Assembly: GCA_951406725.2 (NCBI GenBank)
Contig: OX597838.1
Span: forward strand, 23,684,001-23,748,000
Reading direction: 5' to 3'
Source of the DNA: Octopus vulgaris
Lineage: Eukaryota
DNA length: 64,000 bases
Each line of letters starts with the position of its first letter. The first letter of the stretch is position 1. A program made the position numbers and the translations under genes. Positions 27,286 to 40,586 of this stretch are shown one piece after another. The notes under the pieces were generated by a model. It had not been told where the DNA came from and searched no databases. It saw only the letters and a list, made by a program, of their open reading frames with translations.

Positions 27286-28280
27286 AGGCAGCGAGCTGGC
27301 AGAACTGTCAGCACACTGGGCAAAGCGCTTAGTGGCATTTCATCTATCTTTATGTTTGAGTTCAAATCTCGCTGAGGTCGACTCTGCCTTTCATCCTTTC
27401 AGAGTCAATAAAATAAGTACCAGTGATACACTGGGGTCGATGTAATTGACTAGTCCCTCCCTCAACATTTTAAGGCCGCAAGCTGGCAGAAACGTTAGCA
27501 CACTGAGCAAAATGCTTAGCAGTATTTCGTCTGCCGTTACGTTCTGAGTTCAAATTCCGCTGAGGTCGACTTTGCCTTTCATCCTTTTAGGGTCGATAAA
27601 TTAAGTACTAGTTACGCACTGGGGACGATGTCATTGACTTAATCCCTTTGTCTTTCCTTGTTTGTCCCCTCTATGTTTAACCCCTTGTGTGCAATAAAGA
27701 AATAAGGGTATCTGGTTGTAAAAACAATACTTCAACAATATGTACTCATCTAACCTAAGTGTTCTCAACCCTTATGGACTCTTTTGACTCGGCGGAATTT
27801 GAACTCAGAACGAAATGGCAGACGAAATACCTATTTCTTTATTACCCACAAGGGGCTAAACACAGAGGGAACAAACAAGGAGAGACATAGGTATTAAGTC
27901 GATTACATCGACCCCAGTATGTTACTGGTACTTAATTTATCGACCCCGAAAGGATGAAAGGTAAAGTCGACCTTGGCGGAATTTGAACTCACAACGTAAC
28001 GCAAACGAAATACCGCTAAGCATTTTGCCTGGCATGCTAATGTTTCTTATTTCTTTATTGCCCACAAGGGGCCACACACAGAGGGGACAAACAAGGATAA
28101 ACAAATGGATTAAGTCGATTACATCAACCCCAGTGCGTAACCGGTACCTAATTTATTGACTCCGAAAAGATGAAAGCAAAGTCGACCTCAGCGGAATTTG
28201 AACTCAGAAAGTAATGTCAGACGAAATACTGCTAAGCATTTTGCCCAGTGTGCTAACATTTCTGCCAGCTCGCCGCCTTC
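26637..28280. mobile_element. Dense SINE family A cluster (plus copies 26637-27710, minus multimer 27787-28280)
   Basis: Repeated GAGCTGGCAGAA...GTTCTGAGTTCAAATTCCGCCGAGGTCGAC in both orientations. Confidence 0.8.
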
Positions 28281-29454
28281 CTGTCATTAACTTTTATTCG
28301 TTTTTCAAGTAAGGAAGTTTTCATTCAATTTGTCTTTGAAAGCACTGAGCCATTGATTTCTTGGCAAGGAAATATCAACAGAGAACACTGCTATGGCTTA
28401 GGTTTATAGCTTAAAGATTCTAAACGTGATCACAGAATGTAAACAGCTGAGCTGAAAATCTTAACTGAATAAGAACCTGACATAGAAATAGACACTGGGG
28501 TCAATAAACACTGGAGTTTATTTTTTCAAATAAACCTTTCAAGGCAGAGTCTCAGCATGGCCACAACCCAATCATCATCATCATCATCATCATCATTGTT
28601 TGACATCTGCCTTCCATGCTGGTATGGCTTGGACAGTTTGACAGGAGATGGCCAGGCAGAAAACTGCACCAGAAAACTGCACCGAGGTTGACTTTGCCGT
28701 TCATCCTTTCAGCGTCGATTAAATAAGTACCAGTAACGCACTGGGGTTGATATAATCGACTTAATCTGTTTGTCTGTCCTTGTTTGTCCCCTCTGTGTGT
28801 AGCCCCTTGTAGGCAGTAAAGAAATAAGAAAACTGCACCAGACTTCTGTCTGTTTTGGCAGGGTTTTTTATGGCTAGATGCCCTTCCTAACACCAACCAC
28901 CCTGCAGCATGGAGTGGTTGGCATTAGGAAGAGCATCCAGCTGTAGAAACTCTGCCAGCTTTTTATGTGGCACCAGCACAGGCGAGGTCAGTTTTGGCAG
29001 GGTTTTACAGCTTGATGCTCTTCCAAGCACCAACCACTTTAAAGTGTGGACTGGATAATTTTGGTGTGACACCAGCACTGGCAGGGTCACCAAGTAACTT
29101 GCAAGACAAGGAATTTCGAGAGGGGAGGAGACATTGGAGGAGGGGATCTTGTGTCAGATGATGAAAAGTTAGAGTGTAACAGAGAGACAAAGGGTCAGAA
29201 ACAGGTGTCTTGCTGTAGAGAAATTAGATGGTTACCTGGCCAGAAAGAGAAAGAGAGAGAAAGAAAGAAAGAGAGAAGGAGAGGGAGAGAGTGTTAACGA
29301 TAACGAGGAAAGAAACAGGTGTGCTAGTGTAAAGGAAATACACAGTTACCCAGCCAGAGGGAAGAGCAAGAGAAGGGGAGAGAGAGAAAGAGAGTGATCA
29401 AGAATGATTGAAATAATTAAAAAATTAAAGAAAGAAGATGAGAGACCCAGGAAG

Positions 29455-29585
29455 CGAGAGACCCAGAAAGACATGGGATGAAGTAATGAAGGCTGATCTA
29501 AAAATGCTGAACCTTACAAAGGGGATGACAGAGGACTGAGATATGTGGCACATTGCTGTACTCAAGAAGACCCATCCACTACAGC
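29455..29585 (+). mobile_element. RTE-clade LINE ORF C-terminal fragment
   Basis: RPRKTWDEVMKADLKMLNLTKGMTED*DMWHIAVLKKTHP. Confidence 0.7.
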
Positions 29586-30243
29586 AGTGCTCCAGCATGA
29601 CCACACCCCAATAACTGAAGTAATAAAAAAATAAAAGATGAGAGATTATCAAGGCAATGTTCTAGCATGACCGCAATTCAATGATTGAAATAATTAAAAA
29701 AATGAAATAAAAGCAGATAAGAGATTATCAAGGCGGTACTCCTGCATGGCTGCTGTCCAATAACCGAAGCCAGCAAAAGAATAGAAAGAAGAGCACATCC
29801 TGAGGAGATAGACAATGTGTTGGCAATACATGGCAACAGAAGGTGAAGATTGCAGTTGGTTGTAAGCGCTGGAGAGTCTGGTTGTTGACTGATGTTAACA
29901 ACAAACAGCACATGGTAACCTAATGCTAATGCATTCAGCAGTAACATAGACAATCCAGACTTTACATTTGCACATGATATCTGACTCATCATACTATAAG
30001 GAAAAATACATGTCAAAATAAATAGTAAGATACAAAAATGTTTACAATAATAATGTTAATAACGATGATGGTGTTGATGATGACGACGACGATGATGATG
30101 ATGATGATGGGGGTTAATATCTTACATTAACACAAAGGCCAAACATATTTTGTTGCGAAGTTGTACACAGTTAAACAACCTGACTCAAATACAAAATTTG
30201 CTTTGTTATTAATATTATTATTATTATTATTATTATTATTATG

Positions 30244-30457
30244 AAGGCAGCGAGCTGGCAGAACTGTTAGCATGCTGGACAAAATGCTTAGTGGTAATTC
30301 GCCCATCGCTACATTCTGAGTTCAAATTCTGCCGAGGTCGACTTTGCCTTTCATCCTTTTGGTGTCAATTAAATAAGTACCAGTTACATGCTGGGGTCGA
30401 TGTAATCGATTTAATCCCTTCCCCCAAATTTGAGGCCTTGTGCTTTCAGTAGAAAGG

Positions 30458-30493
<36 letters not shown>

Positions 30494-32020
30494 GAGTGAG
30501 AGAGCAGTGCATGCCTTCGAAGTGACATTGGGGTAAAATATACGAAGCCCAGTATACCCATCATGACTACCCATCTGATAAGGGTACACTAGGCACATAC
30601 ATCATAACCATATGTGCGCGACATGGTGATCTCATATCAAGATAAACAGCACGTGACCTTGCAGGTGGGGGCCCTGTTAGAATTTTCTTCTGGTCAAGTA
30701 ACCCATCCCGCACAAAAGGTCCCTGAATAAGGGTTGTTTAAGGATGTTGAACGAAACACCCATGTTTCCAGAGGTGTTGTTGTTATTATTATTATTATTT
30801 TGACAAAGGCAGCAAGCTGGCAGAATTCTTAGCCCAACGGACAAACTGCTTAGCTGCATTTCGTCCATTTTTATGTTCTAAGGTCAAACTCTGCCGAGGC
30901 CGACTTTGTCTTTCATCCTTTTGGGGGTTGATGAAATAAGTACCAGTTGAATACTGGGGTTGATGTGATTGACTTCCACTTGACCCTGGAATTGCTGGCC
31001 TTGTGTCAGAATTTGAAATTATTATTATTAGTATCATCACCATCATCATATCCCGAGTTCAAATCCTACCACTTTCAACTTTGCCTTTCATCCTTCCACA
31101 GGTCAAAAATATTCAAGTACCAGTTGAGCACTTGGAGCACACATCAACCAAGCCCCTTCCCTCAAAATCGCTGCCATTGAACCCAACAATTGTTGTTGTT
31201 TTTGTTGTCATTACCATTATTATTGATATTATTATTATTACCATCATTACTATAATTAGCATGTAAAAAACACCATTCGAGCATGGTCGATGCCAGTGCT
31301 GCCTAACTGGATCCCATGCCTGTGGCATGTAGCACCATTCAAGTGTGGTTGATGCCAGTGTTGCCTGACTGGTCCCTGTGCCGGTGGCATGTAAAAAGCA
31401 CCCACTACATTCTCGGAGTGGTTGGTATTAGGAAGGACATCCAGCTGTAGAAACTTTGCCAGACCAGATTGGAGTCTGGTGCAGCCATCTGGTTCGCCAG
31501 ACCTCAGTCAAACCAGCCAAACCATGCCAGCATGGAAAGCGGATGTTAAACGATGATGATGATGATGATGTGGTGAGCTGGCAGAATCATTAGTATGCCA
31601 GGCATACACATCACCAGTTCTGCTTCACACATCATCAGTTTTGCTTACCAAAAGTGGCCCACTTGGCACCGTGCATTCGTCATGGAATTTGTTCTGAGTT
31701 CAAATTCTGCCGGGGTCGACTTTGTCTTTCATCCCTTTCAGAGTTTATAAAATAAGTACCAGTTGAACACTAGGGTCAACGTAACCAACTTATCCCCTCC
31801 CCCAAAATTACTGGCCTTGTGCCAGAATGTTGGCATACTGGGCAAAAAGCTTAGCAGTATATTGTCAGTCTTTACATACTGAGTTCAAATTCTTTTGGGA
31901 TCAACTTTACTTTTCATCCTTCTGGGGTTGATAAATTAAGTACCAGTCAAGCACTGGGGTCGATGTAATCAACTAGTCCTCTCCCCTGAAATTTCAAGCC
32001 TTGGAAAGAATTATTATTAT
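30244..32020 (+). mobile_element. SINE family A cluster interleaved with an RTE 3' UTR copy
   Basis: Several family A copies separated by (ATT)n tails. Confidence 0.7.
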
Positions 32021-32635
32021 TAAAGGAGAAAGGGGCTCTCTACCCCACTTTTGACCAGGCTCCCATAGCTTTTATGGGTTTTTCCACGTGAGACCTTTTC
32101 TTTTTTTGAAGCGTCTCCTCTATTGGGAATTTTTCGTTGTTATATTTTCGTTGTTATACTGATTTTACTCGGTTTCTTTTTCACAAACGGACAAAACCTT
32201 TTGTAACCTTTCGTCCTGTTTTGTCCCTTTATGTTTTCCAATCATATTTGTCAGCCCTTTGTGGTCAATAAAAGAATTAATTAATTATTATTATTATTAT
32301 CATTATTATTATTGCTACTGATAGGTTTATTCAAATAGTCTACTGATCAGTTGAGAATAAATTAATGACCTAAATTAATGCTACTTATGTCAGAGCCACT
32401 TCTGAATGTACGTATAATGAATATTGGAAACAGCTGTAAGCCAAATTTACTCTAATAAAGGAAATATAATGTCATGACCTGATATTTTGGGTCACTGACC
32501 GAGGAGGAAAATCCATTGTGAATATTGTGTATCATGACTTTGCCTAAATTTCCTGTCCATTAAGATTTTTGCCTAGTTTTCCGTTTGCTCTGCTTTCATC
32601 TAACTCTTTCTCCTTGTGTTCTTTCTGTCCAACCC

Positions 32636-32754
32636 TACATACATACGTACATACACACACACACACACAAACATACATACATATATATATATATACACAC
32701 ATACATACATACATACATACATACACACACATACATACACATATATACATACAT

Positions 32755-32791
<37 letters not shown>

Positions 32792-32950
32792 TACACACAC
32801 ACACACATACATACATACACACATACATACATACACACACACATACATACACACACATACATACACACATACATACATACATACATACATAGAAACATAC
32901 ACACATATACATACATACAAACATACATATATACATACACACATACACAC

Positions 32951-32983
<33 letters not shown>

Positions 32984-32992
32984 TACATACAT
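32636..32992. repeat. (CA)n/(TACA)n microsatellite
   Basis: Direct inspection. Confidence 0.9.
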
Positions 32993-33172
32993 GCATGGGT
33001 GAGTCAGAAAGTAGTGCAATTTTTATTTGCATTAGTTATTAACTTATATATAAATAAATAAATATATATGCCGTCATTGTAAAAATAAACACACATCATT
33101 GAAATCTTAAAGCTATGAGATGATGCATGATTTATTCAAAACTGAATAAATAAGCATTACATTTGATATAGT

Positions 33173-33476
33173 GGAGGTACATGGCCTAGTGGTTAGAGCA
33201 GCGGACTCACGGTCGAGAGATCGTGGGTTCGAATCTCAGACTGGGCGATGTGTGTGTTTATGAGCGAAACACCTAAGTTCCACGCAGCTCTGGCAGAAGG
33301 TAGTGGCGAACTTCTGCTGACTCTTTCACCACAACTTTCTCTCACTCTTTCCTCCTGCATCATGCAGATCAACTGCGACGGACCGGCGTCCTGTCAGGGT
33401 GGGGAACCTATACGCCAAAGGAACTGGGAAACCGGCCCTATGAGCCAGGTGTGGCTTGAGAAGGAACAAACAAACT
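33173..33476 (+). mobile_element. tRNA-derived SINE related to family D, nested in a piggyBac-like MITE
   Basis: TGGCCTAGTGGTTAG and GGTTCGAATC boxes; inverted partial copy at 41171-41360. Confidence 0.75.
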
Positions 33477-34639
33477 TTTGATAGAATAATTTGAATGCTA
33501 AAGGGTTGAACACTGCATGGAATTCCTGATTTGTGACAGAAGCATAAGTGAAACTTGCTAATTGCTTCTTATGTCCAGCCATGTTCAACTAATATGCAGT
33601 TCATTATATTTTTTCTATTGCACAAATAACATCATTATATAACAGCAATCTTCATTATATAACAGCAATCTTCATTTCTCTATCTATGATTGACTTTGTA
33701 ACATTACCTGATAAAGCCCTGTATGTCCCACCCACACACATAACAAGATAACTTCTCATACATCCTACCGCAACAAATCAATCTACATCTCTTCTCTTCC
33801 TTACGTTTCCACCTTCATGCATTATGCCTGCCTCTCTCACTCCCCAATCCTGTCCTCACGGCCCTGTTTCTCTGTATCATTGCTATCTGGTAGTCCCCAC
33901 CCTACTCTCTAATCCTCTTTGGCAAAATATCCTGCCATTTATATTATGACCTTTGAACCTCCAAGGGTATGCCCTGGCACTTGCCACCATCTATATCTCT
34001 CTCTTTCTTTACTTGACCATCCCATTTATATTCTGATCCCCGACCCTTGTGAGTATGTCCTGCACTTTGTCACCATCTCTATCCTGATGTCTCCCACTCT
34101 CTCTCTCCTCCTCCTGCACTTCCCTCAGGTTGGGTAACCACGTATTTCCTTTGCGGCAGCACACCTCTTTCTGTTCTCATTCCCAATCTCTCTATCGAGC
34201 TGGGTAACCTTGTACCTCCTCTACAACACGACACCTGTTTTTGTCTCTCTGTCTCACTATGACCGTTCACCATCTGACTTGAGATAACCTCCTCCAATGC
34301 CTCCTCCCTTCTCAAAAGATTTTTGTCTTGCAGGTTACTCGGTGACCCTGCCGGTGCAGGTACCACTTAAAAAGCACCCAGTCCAAACTGTAAAGTGGTT
34401 GGCATTTGGAAGGGCATCCAGCTGTAAAAACCTTGCCAAAACTGACCTCACCTATGCTTGTGTCACGTAAAAAGCATTAAGTCCACTCTACTGGGTGGTT
34501 GGTGTTAAGAAGGGCATCTGACTGTAAAAATCCTCCCAAAACAGTCACAGAAGTCTGGTGCAGGCTTCTGCCTGGCTGGCTCCAGTCAAACTGTCCCATC
34601 CATGCCAGCATGGAAGGTGGACGTTACACAATGCTGCTG

Positions 34640-34680
<41 letters not shown>

Positions 34681-34682
<2 letters not shown>

Positions 34683-35092
34683 CTTATAAATAAGGGCAAA
34701 CGAAAAAATTTCTAATGCCAAATATGCCGAAAATTGGACATATTGTCCATTTACCATATAATTTTTTTTTAATATGCATGCTACTCGAAAAAAGGTCAAC
34801 AGAAATCACTAAAAAATTCCATTATTACCATATCGGACCGATTTCAGGGTTAGTTCAAAAAGTATCTCATTTACTTCTTTGCCACATGTATCACTGACGA
34901 AGGGAGGGTTCTTTTTGAACTAACCCTGAAGTCGGTCCGATATGGTAATAATGGAATTTTTTAGAGATTTCTGTCGACCTCTTTTCGAGTAGCGTGCGTT
35001 TTAGAGAAAAATTATATGGTAAATGGACAATATCTCCAATTTTCGGCATATTTGGCATTAGAAATTTTTTCATTTGCCCTTATTTATGAGTT
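34681..35092. mobile_element. Foldback/MITE with 182-bp inverted arms and 48-bp spacer
   Basis: Arms 34681-34862 and 34911-35092 are near reverse complements; abuts a (TA)n tract. Confidence 0.85.
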
Positions 35093-35196
35093 GTTTATAA
35101 TTTAACCTTTAAAGGTATTTTTTAATATGCTGGCCATTGATAAAATTTTTTTGAAAAAAAATTTTATCCTACATTAGATATATATATATACATATA

Positions 35197-35452
35197 TATA
35201 GGATTGGTGCATGATTATTGTGACTTTTTTCAACAAATGTTATTCCACAAAAACAATAGCAGCATGTAACAAAAACATCTTTAAATGATTATTCCAGAGT
35301 ATATTCACTATCTACTTCAATTACTGCTTCCCATCTGCTTGGCAGATGGGTCAGACCGTCATTTAAAGCTGTTTTTGTTAAATATTGTCATTGTTTTTGT
35401 TGAATAAAATTTGTTGAAAAAATGCGCAATATTCATTATGCACCAACACAAT
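35197..35452 (-). mobile_element. Internally deleted mariner element
   Basis: TIR-like ends TTGGTGCAT..TATTG..TTTTTTCAACAAAT; internal GLTHLPSRWEAVIEVDSEY resembles the mariner transposase C-terminus. Confidence 0.7.
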
Positions 35453-35864
35453 ACATATATGAGTTTGATAACATTCTCAGCCTTTGAGTCACTCTGTTAC
35501 TTCTGCCAAATAGTAATAATTAAAAAAAATGTTTATCATAGTCATGTTTTGTGTTCTGTTTTCCTGTTCGTCATCCGAAACCTATACATTCCTATATACC
35601 AACTGACACTTCAAAGGTTACAACAATGAGGGCTCCAGTTGATCAGATCAACAGAACATCCTGCTCACGAAATTAACATGCAAGTGGCTGAACGCTCCAC
35701 AGACACGTAAATCCTAAACATTGTCTGCAGGGAGATTTGGCCAGACAGAGAATGTGACAAGGGTAGCCCTTTTGAAATACAGGTACAAACTCATTTTCGC
35801 CAGCTCAGTGAACTGGAGTAAGGTGAAATAGAGTGTCTTGCTTAAGGACACAATGCATCACTCT

Positions 35865-36685
35865 TTACTCTTTTACTTGTTTCAATCAGTTGACTGCGGC
35901 CATGCTGGAGCACTGCCTTAAGTCAAGCAAATCGACCCCAGGACTTTTCTTTATAAGCCTGGTACTTATTCTATCGGTCTCTCTTGCTGAACTAAGTTAT
36001 GGGGACATAAACACAACAACATCGGTTGTCAAGCGATGTTGGGGTGACAAACACAGACACACAGACATATACACGCACATACATACATATACACGATGGG
36101 CTTCTTTCAGTTTCCGTCTACCAAATCCACTCACAAGGCTTTGGTCGGCCTGAGGCTATAGTAGAAGACACTTGCCCAAGGTGCCACGCAGTAGGACTGA
36201 ACCCGTAACCATGTGGTTGGTAAGCAAGCTACTTACCACACAGCCACTCGAACTCACAACATGACTATCATGAACTGAATATCCTCAGCAGTAAGCCATG
36301 CACTTTCACATATATATCACAGGAGTGGTTGTGTGGTAAGTAGCTTACTTACCAACCACATGGTTCTGGATTTAGTCCTACTGCATGGCACCTTGAGCAA
36401 GCGTCTCCTACTATAGCCTCAGGCCGACCAAAGCCTTGTGAGTGGATTTGGTAGACAGAAACTGAAAGAAGCCCGTCATATATGTGTGTGTGTTTGTCCT
36501 CCCAACATTGCTTGACAACCGATGCTAGTGTGTTTATGTCCCATAACTTGGCGGTTCAACAAAAGAGTCCGATAGAATACATACTAGGTTTACAATGAAT
36601 AGGTCTTGGGTTCGATTTGCTCAACTAAAGGTGATGCTCCAGCATGACCGCAGTCAAATGACTGAAACAAGTAAAAGAAATAAAA

Positions 36686-36688
<3 letters not shown>
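35865..36688. mobile_element. Head-to-head inverted pair of SINE family B
   Basis: Minus copy 35865-36250 and plus copy 36320-36688. Confidence 0.85.
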
Positions 36689-36723
<35 letters not shown>

Positions 36724-36778
36724 ATATGTATGTATGTGTGTATATATATGTGTATGTATGTGTATATATATGTGTATG

Positions 36779-36827
<49 letters not shown>

Positions 36828-37447
36828 ATTGTATATATATACATATATGTATGTGTGTGTGTGTGTGTGTGTATGTGTGTGTGTGCAACAGAATCCAGGA
36901 AACTAGCTCTACAAGTCACTTATGATACAGGAAGGAGCTTTAGCCTTTTTACATAAACACACACACACACACACACACGCCAGTTGCCAAGTTGGACAAA
37001 CAGAGACACAAAGAAACACACATACACACACGTATATATATATATATTCTATTTGTTTCAGTCATTTGACTGTGGACATGCTGAAGTACCGCCTTTAGTC
37101 AAACAAATTGACCCCAGGACTTATTTTTTGTAAGCCTAGAACTTATTCTATCAGTCACTTTTTGCTGAACTGCTAAGTTACAGGGACATAAACACACCTA
37201 CATTGGTTGTCAAGTGATGGTGGGGGGACAAACACAGATACACAAACATATACATATAAATATATATATATATATACACACACATATATGACAAACTTCC
37301 TTCAGTTCCCATCAATCAATTCCACTCACAAGCCTCTGGTCAGCATGAGGCTACAGTACAAAATACTCGCCCAAAGTTCCACACAGTGGCACTGAACTCA
37401 TGTGGTTGGTAAGCAAGTTACTTACCTCACAGCCACTCCTGTGCCTA

Positions 37448-37492
<45 letters not shown>

Positions 37493-37496
<4 letters not shown>

Positions 37497-37822
37497 AAGA
37501 CCCCCTTCGGTCATGAATGACCATGGGATTGCACCTAGAAAGTTACCCTTCTAGACACAAGTCCGGGCAAGGTTGTTTATGGAAGACCAGCAGTCGCCCA
37601 TGCATACCGGCCTCCCCTCTCCACGCCACCAATGTTATCCAAGGGAAAGACAAAGGCCGATACAGCTTGGCACCTGTGATGTTGCAACTCATTTCTACAG
37701 TTGAGTGAACTGGAGCAACGTGAAATAAAGTGCCTTGCTCAAGAACACAACACGCAGCCCGGTCCGGGATTCGAGCTCACAACCTCACGATCGTAAGCTC
37801 GACGCTCTAACCACTGAGCCAT
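37493..37822 (-). mobile_element. tRNA-derived SINE family E (related heads at 39835-40060 +, 54184-54390 +, 14565-14710 +)
   Basis: TGGCTCAGTGGTTAG A-box, TCGAATCC B-box, shared TGTGTTCTTGAGCAA...TTTCACGTTGCTCCAGT-CACTCA-CTG domain. Confidence 0.75.
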
Positions 37823-37856
<34 letters not shown>

Positions 37857-38130
37857 ATGTATGTATATATATACGATGGGCTTCTTTTAGTTTGTCTACC
37901 AAATCCACCCACAAGGTTTTGGTCAGCTAGGGGTAATAGTAGGAGACACTTGTGCAAAGGTGTCCCCCCATGGAACTGAACCTGAAACCATGTGATTGGG
38001 AAGCAAACTTCTTGCTACATAGTTGTGCCAGTGTCTGCATGAAGTACATTGGAATTTGAGATTGGTGAGAGGTAAATTTGAACAGAAAATATAGTTCTAA
38101 ATAAATCAAGATTTGTGTATGTTGATGTTC

Positions 38131-38597
38131 TTAACCCTTTTGTTACCATATTTTTGTTGAGATGTTCTGTGTTTCTTTCAATAAATTTAAAATCTAACAA
38201 AGAATTTAGTAAAATAACTGTTATCATGAAGCTAGTTAGGAACATAAATTGTGACTAAGATTTGGTGGCAGATTTTATTCAGAACTTTTAAAAATAAGAT
38301 ATTGGTATGCCAGAGCCAGTTTCAGCCTGGTTGGTATCAAAAGGGTTAAAAATATCATGGTGATGTTAACCTTTTTGTTAACATATTTCTGTTGAGATGC
38401 TCCGTATTTCTTTCAATTAATTTTAAATACAACAAAGAATTTAGTAAAATAACTTAGTTACGATTAAGCTAGTGATTAAGCTAGTGTTAGGAACATAAAT
38501 TGTGACTAAGATTTGGTGGAAGATTTTAATTCAGAACTTTTGAAAACAAGACATTCATACTACAGGGCCAGAAGTAGGTTGATATCAAAAGGGTTAA
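38131..38597. mobile_element. piggyBac-like MITE dimer (diverged solo copy also at about 46471-46692)
   Basis: Two TTAA-bounded units with a 16-bp linker. Confidence 0.8.
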
Positions 38598-39259
38598 TCC
38601 CCAGATGAACCTTGATTGAGCAAACAAACCTATGATGAAAGTGTTTGTAACAATGACCATCCTGTCTCTTTAGGGTTCTAAAATTACTTCATCTTATATC
38701 AGAAAGAAGGTGAGAGGACAAGTCATGAATCCACGAATGGCAGGTCATCTCAGTCAATGGAGCCAGTAACACTGGGAAAAGACTGGGGTGTAAAGGGGTG
38801 TAGGTGCTGAGGAGGTAAAAGGCTGGAAGAAATGTATGTATATAGGAGACAAAAGGCTCAGTGGTTAGGGTAGCCAATTGGAGAAATGCATCCAACAACA
38901 TGAAGTGGCTACTGCAGCAAGTGTCACTGGCTATTCTCCACGGCAATTCCATCAAGGTTATCACTGCAGTGTGCTGTTGAGCACTCCTCTGGTTCCAGGA
39001 AATGTGGCCCATTGCTCCACCTGCTGCTTTGCATCTTGGTTTATTCTTTTTTTTCTTTTACTTGTTTCTGTCATTTGACTGCGGCCATGCTGGAGCACCG
39101 CCTTTAGTCGATCAAATCGACCCCGGGACTTATTCTTTGTAAGCCCAGTACTTATTCTATCGGTCTCTTTTGCCGAACTGCTAAGTGACAGGGATGTAAA
39201 TGCACCAGCATCGGTTGTCAAGCAATGCTAGGGGGACAAACACAGACACACAAACACAG

Positions 39260-39316
<57 letters not shown>

Positions 39317-39752
39317 TACGACAGGCTTCTTTCAGTTTCCGTCTACCAAATCCACTCACAAGGCATTAGTTGGCCTGAGGCTATAGCAGAAAACACTTGC
39401 CCAAGATGCCACGCAGTGGGACTGAACCCGGAACCATGTGGTTGGTTAGCAAGCTACTTACCACACAGCCACTGTTTTTTTTCATCTTTTTAAAGTGTAC
39501 ATTAGTAAATAAAGTATTTCTGGTCAAAAAAAAAAAAAATTATAAGACTGGTGTTGATTCCAGGACCAGGAAATGCATTGTGTCCTTGAGCAAGACACTT
39601 CATTTCACATTGCTTCAGTTCACTCAGCCAGCAAAAATTAGTAATCCTGTGAGGGCCTGCTACCCTATCCAGTGAGGAATATATACAGCATAGAAAAAGG
39701 GAAACTGGCCTTGTGAGTCTATATCACTTGGGAAGGAGTTTTATCATTAATG

Positions 39753-39788
<36 letters not shown>

Positions 39789-40545
39789 TAGAGGAAGACT
39801 GGTACATGCACATACATTTATGTGTGTCAGTATAGTGGAGACATGTGGCTTAGTGGTTAGGGTGTCAGCATCATGATCGTAAGATTGTGGTTTCGATTCC
39901 TGGACCAGGCGACACATTGTGTTCTTGAGCAAAACACTTCATTTCACATTGCTCCAGTCCACTCAGCTGGCAAAAATGAGTAACGCTGCGATGGACTGGC
40001 ATCCCATCTAGCTGGGGGACACATACGCCATAGAACCAGGAAACCAGGCCCATGAGCCTTAAAGGCTTTAAAAAGGGTGCATTTATTTATTTTATTATGT
40101 GTGTCAGTATAGGAGGCATGGCTGTGTAGTAAGAAGTTTGCTTCCCAACCATATTGTTCTGGTTGCAGTCGCACCGTGTGGAACCATGTGCAAGTGTCTT
40201 CTACTATTGTCTTGGGCCATACAAAATCTTTTGAATTAATTTGGTAAATGGAAACTGTAAGAAGCCTCATCATCATCATCATCGTTTAACGTCCACTTTC
40301 ATGCTAGCATGGGTTGACTGAGGACTGGCGAACCAGATGGCTGAACCAGGCTCCAATCTGATCTGGCAGAGTTTCTACAGCTGGATGCCCTTCCTAACGG
40401 CAACCACTCCGAGAGTGTAGTGGGTGCTTTTATGTCCCACCGGCATGAAGGCCAGTCAGGCAGTACTGGCCATGGCCATGCTCAAATATATATATATGCA
40501 TGCAAGCATATAGTATATATATGTAAAACACACCCACCACAAACA

Positions 40546-40586
<41 letters not shown>

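Noticed and set aside
34715-35073. Pair of similar 60-aa ORFs on opposite strands
   Set aside because: Consequence of the inverted arms of a foldback element
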